A stretch of 42,114 bases of DNA from contig CAYGYN010000076.1 in assembly GCA_964354195.1 (NCBI GenBank), positions 1 through 42,114 of the forward strand. The letters are read 5' to 3'. The DNA is from Candidatus Woesearchaeota archaeon. Lineage in GTDB: Archaea; Nanobdellota; Nanobdellia; Pacearchaeales; GW2011-AR1. Shown here piece after piece: positions 18,760 through 25,838 of this stretch. The number at the start of each line of letters is the position of its first letter. Positions within the stretch are counted from its first letter, which is position 1. The notes below the pieces were generated by a model. That model did no database searches. It saw nothing but the letters and a program-made list of their open reading frames with translations, and had not been told where the DNA came from. The translations under genes were made by a program, and so were the position numbers.

Positions 18760-19548
18760 ATGCAGAAACTGGAGAGAATCTACCAGGATATAAAAGAGGT
18801 AAGAATACAGGGCGCGACTAACATAGCAAAGGCAGCTGTGCAAGTTTACTCCATAAAGCCAACCAAGGAAACAAAGAAGAGACTTCTGTCATTGAGGCCA
18901 ACAGAGCCCACTCTATCAAATGCACTTAACTTTTTAGAAGTTCTTGGAAAGAAGAAAGTCATATCTCACTTCTTTGATGCGCAGGAAAAGATAGACAAGT
19001 TTGTCTTTAAACTGATAAAAAATAGGATGATTATCTATACGCACTGCCATTCAACGAACGTTGTCAGGGCTCTTGTGTATGCAAGGAAAAAAGGAAAGAA
19101 GTTTGAGGTTTATAACACGGAGACAAGGCCACTCTTCCAGGGAAGAATAACTGCAAAACAGCTCGCAAAAAATAAAATAAAGGTGACAACTTTTGTTGAT
19201 TCTGCAATGCTGGAGGCGATAAAGTGCTCTGATATAATTTTAGTTGGAGCAGATGCCATTCTGAAGTCTGGAGCAATAAACAAAGTCGGTAGTGCTGCAA
19301 TTGCTGAGCTGGCTAAGGGCCATAGAAAACCAGTCTATGTTGTTGCTGACTCATGGAAATTTTCGCCGAAAAACGTGAAGATTGAGGAGCGCGATTTTCA
19401 TGAAGTCTGGAAAAATGCCCCGAGCAAGATAAGAATAAGAGACCCTGCATTTGAAAAGATTGACAAAAAATACATAAAAGGAATAATATCTGAATATGGG
19501 ATTTTAAGCTTTGAGAAATTTATAGCTAAGATGAGCAAGATTCTTTAA
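18760..19548 (+). CDS. eIF-2B alpha/beta/delta family protein (possible ribose-1,5-bisphosphate isomerase-type)
   Basis: IQGATNIAKAA, RPTEPTLSNAL, THCHSTNV, ETRPLFQGR and VGADAILKSGAINKVGS are IF-2B family blocks. Confidence 0.75.
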   Translation: MQKLERIYQDIKEVRIQGATNIAKAAVQVYSIKPTKETKKRLLSLRPTEPTLSNALNFLEVLGKKKVISHFFDAQEKIDKFVFKLIKNRMIIYTHCHSTNVVRALVYARKKGKKFEVYNTETRPLFQGRITAKQLAKNKIKVTTFVDSAMLEAIKCSDIILVGADAILKSGAINKVGSAAIAELAKGHRKPVYVVADSWKFSPKNVKIEERDFHEVWKNAPSKIRIRDPAFEKIDKKYIKGIISEYGILSFEKFIAKMSKIL

Positions 19549-19553
19549 TTGCG

Positions 19554-19952
19554 TTATTTATTTTGCAACTCAGCGATTGTTTTTTGCAGCAAGTTATCAT
19601 AAAGATCCATCTCTGCCATTAATCTTGCCTTGAGCTCATGGAAGTTTCGCAATTGGGACTCAATTATTTCTTTTGTTTCCTGGACTGATTTCTTGACAAT
19701 AACCCCTGAGCCTGAATTCACAAAAAGCTTGCTGTCTGTAAGGGAAGATTTCATGTAAATGCCCCTTGCGAGGGAAGAGAAGATTTCTTTCTTATCAGAA
19801 TTTTGAAGTGAGCCAAGATTCTTGTTCAATTCCTCAAGCTCTGAAATCTGCTGTGAGAGATATTCTATCTTTTCCCCAATTTCCTGGGCTTGCCTCTCAA
19901 AAATAGAAGCTTTCATCATAAGCTCTTGATTTGCGGGTTTTTCCATAAGCAT
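19554..19952 (-). CDS. pfdA: prefoldin alpha subunit
   Basis: Coiled coil, then beta-hairpin region (IFSSLARGIYMKSSLTDSKLFVNSGSGVIVKKSVQE), then coiled coil. This layout is typical of PfdA/GimC alpha. Confidence 0.7.
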   Translation of the reverse strand: MLMEKPANQELMMKASIFERQAQEIGEKIEYLSQQISELEELNKNLGSLQNSDKKEIFSSLARGIYMKSSLTDSKLFVNSGSGVIVKKSVQETKEIIESQLRNFHELKARLMAEMDLYDNLLQKTIAELQNK

Positions 19953-19975
19953 CTCAGATAAGGATGGTTTAAAAA

Positions 19976-20503
19976 TTATTCTGTAATTTTCCAGACTTCC
20001 AAAGACTCAAAGAAGAACTTCTTTGATGACAATACCCTGTGCTTTAATGACTGTTTTTTTAATAATGTTAATATCTGCTTTCTAGGGGTAAGAGAGGAAA
20101 TAACTAGTAAAATTATTCCCTTGTCGGCCAAATGCTTTTTGACCTCTTTTAGGAACTTTAGAATTATTTCATCGCCTCGCTTTCCTCCTGTTGTTGTTTC
20201 TGCACTTTCTTTGTCTTCTTTCTTATCTTTGGGCAGATAAGGAGGATTAAAGGCAATCAAGTCAAACTTGCCTTTAATTCTTGAGAATAAATTGGATTTT
20301 ATTGCATGAATTCCTTGTTTTTTCAAGGCATTTACTGCTTCTTGGTTTATGTCTGTTGCAAGAACAAGGCTTGCATGAACTGACAGAGCTGCTTTTGATT
20401 GCATGCCACTTCCAGCACCCATGTCAAGAAAAACTCTGTTCTTGGCAACTTTCTTAACTTCTCTTTCAAGCAAAAAAGAATCTTCTCTTGGCGTGTAAAT
20501 CAT
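19976..20503 (-). CDS. HemK/Mtq2-like N5-glutamine (or N6-adenine type) methyltransferase
   Basis: IYTPREDSFLL, LDMGAGSGM (motif I) and FNPPY (the NPPY catalytic motif). The ATG at 20503 follows the upstream stop at 20505. Confidence 0.75.
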   Translation of the reverse strand: MIYTPREDSFLLEREVKKVAKNRVFLDMGAGSGMQSKAALSVHASLVLATDINQEAVNALKKQGIHAIKSNLFSRIKGKFDLIAFNPPYLPKDKKEDKESAETTTGGKRGDEIILKFLKEVKKHLADKGIILLVISSLTPRKQILTLLKKQSLKHRVLSSKKFFFESLEVWKITE

Positions 20504-20504
20504 T

Positions 20505-20846
20505 TCAGGAAGTGAATAGACTAAGAATCTGGTCTTTGAACAAAAGAGTAACAATTGCTCCGGCGATAATCAATAGAATAAGAATAATCGCTATTATAAG
20601 AAGCAATTTCATTTTTGGAGAGGCGGCTGGCTTTGCTGCTTTAACTTCTTGGGGTGCTTCTGAAATTTGTGTTGTCTTAGGAAGGGGCTGTATTAAACTT
20701 GAGGAAACCGGTCTTGAGATTGAGGCAGCTGCTTCATGGACTTCTGCAGGATTGTAGCCTGCATTCAAGAAGCTCTGGACTGCAGAGTCCAATGTAAAAC
20801 CTCTTTCCACTGAGATTTTCAAGCCAGATAAGATTTCTTCATTCAT
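20505..20846 (-). CDS. small tail-anchored membrane protein (helical N-domain, P/S/A linker, C-terminal TM)
   Basis: The C-terminal segment LLLIIAIILILLIIAGAIVTLL is the only hydrophobic helix. It has an ATGA overlap with RNase J. The N-terminal GFTLDSAVQSFLNAGYNPAEV looks vaguely UBA-like. Confidence 0.5.
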   Translation of the reverse strand: MNEEILSGLKISVERGFTLDSAVQSFLNAGYNPAEVHEAAASISRPVSSSLIQPLPKTTQISEAPQEVKAAKPAASPKMKLLLIIAIILILLIIAGAIVTLLFKDQILSLFTS

Positions 20847-22177
20847 TTTAGAGTTATTGACTGCCCGTTCTGCATCAAGTGCGCGGTTTTGTTTAGCTTA
20901 TATCCCATTTCCTGCGCAAGTTCTGCGCCCGCTGTTCGCTTATGCAAATCGCCATGGGAAGGAATTATATGCTCGGGGTTCACCAATCTTATCAAGTCTC
21001 TTAAGTCTTCTCTGCCACCATGCCCCGAGACATGAACATTATCAAAGATTCTTACACCATGCTTCTTCATCTTCTTCTCAAGATTTAGGCGGTTATTCTC
21101 GTTAACTGTTGTGGGAATTGTCTTTGAAGAGAAGATGATCTGGTCATTGGAAGAGAGCCTTATTGGAAGCTGGTTCCTTGCAATTCTATCAAGGACAGAG
21201 CCGGGCTCGCCTTGGTGTCCTGTGCAGACAAGAAGATAATCCCTCTTGTTCTTGTTTATCTTTTGCAAGACGCGGTCTATCTGCTTCCTGAAAGCAAGCA
21301 TCTGAATGCTTCTCCTGAATGGGGCTTTCCCAATATTTTCTGCAGCTGTAACATATTTATTAAGGCTTCTCCCGAGAAAAACAACTTGCCTATGGAGCTT
21401 CTGCCCCAGTTCTGTTATTGTTTTAAGCCTTGCAATGTGGGAGGAGAAAGTTGTAACAATCATTCCTGAATTCCTGTTGTCTGTTGAGAAAAAAACATCC
21501 TCCAAAAGCCCCTTTGCTATTTTCTCAGAAGGGGTTTTCCTGTCATCAGGAGCGTAAAGGCAGTCAACCACAAGGGCTTTTATTCCAATTCTGGATAATT
21601 CCTTAAGGCGCTTGTAGTTTGGCTTGTCGCCATAAATTGGAGAGTTATCAAGCTTGTAATCATTAACATAAAGAACAATGCCTTCGGGTGTGTGCACAGC
21701 AATTGCTGCTGTCTGCAAAGTTGAATGAGTCATGTTCAAGAATTCCACCTTGTAATTCTTCCTGCCCTTGACAATGTAAGAATTGTCAGGCTGTATTGAA
21801 ATTATCCTGTTTCTCAGGTTCTGCCCTGGCTCTTCCAGAAGGAGTTTGAGAACTTCTGTTGTAAAAGGAGTTCCGAGTATGCTTGCATTGTATTTGTTGG
21901 TTATATAGGGCAAAGCTCCGACATGATCAAGATGTGCATGCGAGACAAGAAAAGCACGAACCTTGTTATGCAATCTTCTCTTTTCGAGAAGTATGTCATC
22001 AGGTAATGCCCCCAGGGCGCGCATGCCTTTCTCAGTTGGGATTCTTTCTTTTTCTGTAACCCCTACGACAGCAGGCAGGTAAAGTCCTGCATCAAAAACC
22101 AAGACATCATCACCTGTTTCAAGGGCAGTCATGTTCTTTCCAACCTCATTATAACCGCCAATTGCGTGTATTTGCAT
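20843..22177 (-). CDS. rnj: archaeal RNase J (metallo-beta-lactamase / beta-CASP)
   Basis: MQIHAIGGYNEVGKNMTAL and VSHAHLDHVGALPY (the HxHxDH motif), with length about 445 aa. The TATA-like GCTATTTAAATTG on the minus strand lies about 25-30 nt upstream of the ATG at 22177. Confidence 0.85.
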   Translation of the reverse strand: MQIHAIGGYNEVGKNMTALETGDDVLVFDAGLYLPAVVGVTEKERIPTEKGMRALGALPDDILLEKRRLHNKVRAFLVSHAHLDHVGALPYITNKYNASILGTPFTTEVLKLLLEEPGQNLRNRIISIQPDNSYIVKGRKNYKVEFLNMTHSTLQTAAIAVHTPEGIVLYVNDYKLDNSPIYGDKPNYKRLKELSRIGIKALVVDCLYAPDDRKTPSEKIAKGLLEDVFFSTDNRNSGMIVTTFSSHIARLKTITELGQKLHRQVVFLGRSLNKYVTAAENIGKAPFRRSIQMLAFRKQIDRVLQKINKNKRDYLLVCTGHQGEPGSVLDRIARNQLPIRLSSNDQIIFSSKTIPTTVNENNRLNLEKKMKKHGVRIFDNVHVSGHGGREDLRDLIRLVNPEHIIPSHGDLHKRTAGAELAQEMGYKLNKTAHLMQNGQSITLK

Positions 22178-22264
22178 ATAACTATTAAAATTGAGCAATT
22201 TAAATAGCTTTAGGATTATTCGTGGGAAAGCAAGTTATAAATATCAAAAAAACCATGATGAATA

Positions 22265-22546
22265 ATGAAACTTAATGTCAAACCTTCCCAGAGAATAAAA
22301 AGAAGATATCTTCTTATTGAAGGAAGCAAAGAAAATATTGAGAAAGCTGTTCTTGATTACCTTGGGGCTCTTGGGTGGGCTAAAGCCTCCCCGGTCTTTG
22401 TAAAATCAGAGATGAAAAACAATATAATCCTTGCTGTTTCAAGGAGCGAGGTTGACAGCATAAGGGCTGCTTTTGAGAGTTCAAGTTCGGGAATCCGAGT
22501 TGTTGGAATATCCGGGACTTTAAAAGGGCTAAAAAGATTGCTCTAA
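22265..22546 (+). CDS. rnp2: RNase P protein component 2 (Pop5/Rpp14 family)
   Basis: KPSQRIKRRYLLIE at the N-terminus and VVGISGTLKGLKR at the C-terminus match the conserved ends of archaeal Pop5. Confidence 0.7.
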   Translation: MKLNVKPSQRIKRRYLLIEGSKENIEKAVLDYLGALGWAKASPVFVKSEMKNNIILAVSRSEVDSIRAAFESSSSGIRVVGISGTLKGLKRLL

Positions 22547-22593
22547 GCAATCTTTAATCCTAGCTTCTGAAGAAGCTTCGGATAAAGAAAAGG

Positions 22594-22601
22594 TTTAATT
22601 A
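22594..22601 (+). promoter_or_regulatory. TATA-like box for the pilin-like operon
   Basis: TTTAATTA centred about 26 nt upstream of the ATG at 22623. Confidence 0.4.
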
Positions 22602-22622
22602 GATATTTTTTCTTTATTGGAT

Positions 22623-23117
22623 ATGCTAAAAGAGGGAAAGAAGGCGCAGATACAGATATCATTCGGGATGATTTTCTCCATAATAATCATAATTGCCACG
22701 GTTGCTGTGGCTTTTTATGTAATAAACTACTTCCTGAAAATGAATGATTGCACCAAAGCGGGCTCGTTTTATGAATCGCTAAAAAACGAGGTTGAGAAGG
22801 CATATAATGGGGACATAACACAAAAAATATTCTCAAAGGCTGTTCCTTCTGGGGTAAAGAGTGTCTGCTTCGGCAATATGACCCAAGATTATACGAAGAC
22901 AGATGTAGAACAGCACGATTATATAACAAAATATGACATTAAGAACAATGTCCTGCTCTATCCTCCGGGAAAGGCATGCAATAATGAGCTTGCGTCATTC
23001 AATCTTGTGCATGCGACAACAAGCGGGTTCTTCTGCGTTCCTGTAAAATCAGGCGCGATAAGCGTGAAGCTAACAAAGGGCAGCTTTGATATTTTGGTAA
23101 AATTAAGCAAGCCATAG
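22623..23117 (+). CDS. type IV pilin-like protein with class III signal peptide (P1)
   Basis: N-terminus MLKEGKKA|QIQISFGMIFSIIIIIATVAVAF: a basic stretch, small residue, Q at +1, then a ~20 aa hydrophobic helix. The globular part has 4 Cys. Confidence 0.6.
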   Translation: MLKEGKKAQIQISFGMIFSIIIIIATVAVAFYVINYFLKMNDCTKAGSFYESLKNEVEKAYNGDITQKIFSKAVPSGVKSVCFGNMTQDYTKTDVEQHDYITKYDIKNNVLLYPPGKACNNELASFNLVHATTSGFFCVPVKSGAISVKLTKGSFDILVKLSKP

Positions 23118-23124
23118 GAACAAT

Positions 23125-24081
23125 ATGAATAGAAAAGGAATTGAGTTCAGTTTTGGTTGGATATTTGCGCTGATTATAGGGGCAGCAATAATCTTTCTTG
23201 CAGTATATGCTGCTGTGAAACTTGTTGGCACAGAAAGAACAGTGCAGTCGGCGGAACTCTCAAAGCAGCTTGATGTGATTTTGACACCAATTGAGACAGG
23301 TTATGAGAGCGGTAAGTCTGTCACACCACTTGAGTTCCCGAGCGAGACTCGAATTTATAACTATTGCACTCTCGAAGGCAATTTTGGGGCGCAGAAGATA
23401 ATTGTTGATGCAAGCTCAGGAATTGGCGGCAAATGGCAGAATGTGAATCTTTTAACTCCGTCTGTATCTTACAACAAATATGTCTTTTCAGCTTCTATAG
23501 TCCAAGGTAGAAAAGTTATGGTTTTCTCAAAACCATTTAACATGCCTTTCAAGGTGGCTAATCTTCTTTTTCTTTATGCAGACAAATACTGCTTTGTACA
23601 CACCCCGAGCGAGATAGAAAAAGAAGTAACCTCGCAAAGGATGCAGAACATAAACATCACAGATGATACTCCAGGAAGCTGCCCGAAGCAAAGCATAAGG
23701 GTTTGTTTTGCGGAAGATGTGGGCTGCAATATAACTGTGAATACAAACGAGAAAAGTGTTGAGAAAGGAAACAGTGTTGTCTATTATGAGGGCGGGCTTG
23801 TCTATGGAGCCATTTTTTCTTCACCTGACTTGTATGAATGCCAGGTTGCCAGATTAATGAAAAGGGCGTCTGAACTTGCGATGTTATATAACGCAAAGAG
23901 CGAGAACATTGCTGCTTCAACAGGGGGCTGCAGCTCGGAACTGCAGGGCTATCTGCAGAGTTTCGCAACTTTAACTGGGGGAACAAACAGCTCCATGGCG
24001 CTAAGGGAAATATTCTTCATGGCTGAGGAGATAAAAGCAAAGAATAGCGGGATAACTAAATGCAAGCTATGGGAGGAATGA
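23125..24081 (+). CDS. type IV pilin-like protein with class III signal peptide, large member (P2)
   Basis: MNRKG|IEFSFGWIFALIIGAAIIFLAVYAA, followed by a ~290 aa Cys-containing domain. Confidence 0.6.
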   Translation: MNRKGIEFSFGWIFALIIGAAIIFLAVYAAVKLVGTERTVQSAELSKQLDVILTPIETGYESGKSVTPLEFPSETRIYNYCTLEGNFGAQKIIVDASSGIGGKWQNVNLLTPSVSYNKYVFSASIVQGRKVMVFSKPFNMPFKVANLLFLYADKYCFVHTPSEIEKEVTSQRMQNINITDDTPGSCPKQSIRVCFAEDVGCNITVNTNEKSVEKGNSVVYYEGGLVYGAIFSSPDLYECQVARLMKRASELAMLYNAKSENIAASTGGCSSELQGYLQSFATLTGGTNSSMALREIFFMAEEIKAKNSGITKCKLWEE

Positions 24082-24581
24082 TGGCAAGAAAAGCGCAGAT
24101 GAAGGTGCAGGAAATGGCTTTTGTTCTAGTGGCTATAGTGATATTCTTCATCATGGTAACATTGGTTTATCTTGCCATAAGGATGTCTACCTTAAAGGAA
24201 GATGTGACAAGCCAAAGGGAAGAAGCTGCAAAAGAGCTTGCGCGGAAACTCGCAGACATACCTGAGTTCTCATGGGCTGCTTCTGGCTGCTCAGGCTGCC
24301 TTGACATGGATAAATTGCTTGTGCTGAAAGACAGGGCTGCCTACAAGAATTTCTGGGATATTGATTATCTAATGATAGAAAATGTCTACCCTAACAAAAC
24401 AGACGTGGAGTGCACAAAAGCCAATTACCCTGATTGCAGAACAATAACCATTGTCAATAACACTAATTATTTCGGGAGCCCTGCAAGCGCATTTGTTGCG
24501 CTTTGCAGGCTTGAATCGAGTGAAGGAGGGTATGCCAAATGCGAGCTTGGAAAAATACACGCAGGGAGCAAGGCAATATGA
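24078..24581 (+). CDS. type IV pilin-like protein with class III signal peptide (P3)
   Basis: MMARKA|QMKVQEMAFVLVAIVIFFIMVTLVYLAI. It has an ATGA overlap with P2. The longer ORF start at 24060 lies inside P2. Confidence 0.6.
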   Translation: MMARKAQMKVQEMAFVLVAIVIFFIMVTLVYLAIRMSTLKEDVTSQREEAAKELARKLADIPEFSWAASGCSGCLDMDKLLVLKDRAAYKNFWDIDYLMIENVYPNKTDVECTKANYPDCRTITIVNNTNYFGSPASAFVALCRLESSEGGYAKCELGKIHAGSKAI

Positions 24582-25084
24582 TAAGAAGGGCAAGGAGAGG
24601 GCAGGAAGAAATAGTGGGTTTTGTGCTTATAGTTGTGCTTGTGGCTGTTATTTTCCTTGTTTTCTTAGGACTAGCAATAAGAAGGGAAGCACCTGCAACA
24701 ACAAAAGACAGCAGGGATGTTTTCCAGTTCCTTGAGAGCTTGTCCGAGTATACTACGGACTGCGCAATAAGCTCTGTGCCTGCATATTCCAACATTAGGG
24801 GATTGATAAAAGAATGCTACGACAAGGCACAATGCACTTCAGGGAAGAGTGCATGCCAAGCATTAAACCGAACTCTAAGAGAGGCTATTGATGCAAGCTG
24901 GAAAGTTGGCAAAGACCGTCCTGTAAAAGGATATTCACTTAATTCCACTTATTACTCAGAAGCAAGAACAGAGCAGGTTATGCTAATTAATGCGGGAAAT
25001 TGCACAGGAACAATTATAGGCTCAGAAAAAGCATTTAGCGTGACTCCGGGAACAATTTCAACAACATTAAAGATATGCTACTAA
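24578..25084 (+). CDS. type IV pilin-like protein with class III signal peptide (P4)
   Basis: MIRRARRG|QEEIVGFVLIVVLVAVIFLVFLGLAI. It has an ATGA overlap with P3. The domain is Cys-containing. Confidence 0.6.
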   Translation: MIRRARRGQEEIVGFVLIVVLVAVIFLVFLGLAIRREAPATTKDSRDVFQFLESLSEYTTDCAISSVPAYSNIRGLIKECYDKAQCTSGKSACQALNRTLREAIDASWKVGKDRPVKGYSLNSTYYSEARTEQVMLINAGNCTGTIIGSEKAFSVTPGTISTTLKICY

Positions 25085-25440
25085 ATCTTGATGTTGATGT
25101 GGATAGAATTAACAACAAGGACAGGCCTTAACCTTTCCCTTTTACCTGTTTTCTCAGCAATAAGGTCAATAAAGCCAAATCTCTCAAGCAGTTTTATATC
25201 GTCATTGACTGACTTGAAATCTCTTTTCAGAATCTTTGCCAATTCATAGATTGAGGAAGGTTTTTTTATCTTTAAGGTGTGCAAAATCTTGGCTTTTTCA
25301 TTGCTTAGCAATTTTCTAAGAGCAATTATGCCTTCAAAATCATAGCTTGCCTGCTCGCCAGTCATTCTCCTGAAGAAAGTTGAGAAAGCTCCACTTTCAT
25401 CGACGATATCTATATCCCTTGTTTTTTCCTGTTTGGCCAT
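25081..25440 (-). CDS. winged-helix DNA-binding protein (COG4190-like predicted transcriptional regulator)
   Basis: KILHTLKIKKPSSIYELAKILKRDFKSVNDDIKLLERFGFIDL is a helix-turn-helix plus wing pattern. It is transcribed divergently from the S-layer gene. Confidence 0.5.
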   Translation of the reverse strand: MAKQEKTRDIDIVDESGAFSTFFRRMTGEQASYDFEGIIALRKLLSNEKAKILHTLKIKKPSSIYELAKILKRDFKSVNDDIKLLERFGFIDLIAEKTGKRERLRPVLVVNSIHINIKI

Positions 25441-25593
25441 GTATAAATATGGGGTAATATTTACCTTATATATTTTAATGATATAGAGTATATATATGTT
25501 TTGGATTAATATATATTGTTAAAAATCCCATATATAGGAAAATTTGAATATATTTAAGAGCTTGGAAGTGCAGTTCTAAACTTTAGTGATAAC

Positions 25594-25620
25594 AAAAGCT
25601 TTATAAAGGAACTTTAGTAT
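25594..25620 (+). promoter_or_regulatory. promoter-like element 1 (BRE/TATA) upstream of the S-layer gene
   Basis: AAAAGCTTTATAAAGGAACTTTAGTAT is a near-duplicate of the element at 25658-25687. Confidence 0.5.
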
Positions 25621-25657
25621 GCAGGCATCACTACCTCGATTAAGCGAAAAATGAGGG

Positions 25658-25687
25658 GAAAGCTTTTTAAAGGAAGTTTGATTTAGA
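25658..25687 (+). promoter_or_regulatory. promoter-like element 2 (BRE/TATA) upstream of the S-layer gene
   Basis: GAAAGCTTTTTAAAGGAAGTTTGATTTAG shares the core AAAGCTTT(A/T)TAAAGGAA(C/G)TTT with element 1, about 64 nt downstream of it. Confidence 0.5.
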
Positions 25688-25713
25688 CAATTACTCTGAT
25701 AAGCTCAGGGTGT

Positions 25714-25752
25714 ATATCAAGGGTTACATTCTAAACGAATTGCCTTTGATAT
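25714..25752 (+). other. predicted 10-bp stem-loop in the S-layer mRNA leader
   Basis: ATATCAAGGG (25714-25723) pairs with CCTTTGATAT (25743-25752), with one G-U pair and a 19-nt loop. Confidence 0.35.
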
Positions 25753-25838
25753 GTTCGGCAGGTTGCCTACAAAACAACCTCCTCTATGAGGGGCGAAAGC
25801 TGCCAATCACACAGAGCTGAAAGGGGGTTTAATAAAAA

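Noticed and set aside
22572-22587. Short hairpin AGCTTC-TGAA-GAAGCT after the Pop5 gene, as a possible terminator.
   Set aside because: It has only a 6-bp stem and no following T-tract, so it is too weak to call. It may be incidental.
24451-24795. Overlapping ORFs 24451-24735 (+) and 24463-24795 (-) within the pilin-like operon.
   Set aside because: They lie in alternative frames or antisense to P3/P4. P3 and P4 have coherent class III signal peptides and ATGA coupling, and the translations of these overlapping ORFs look random.
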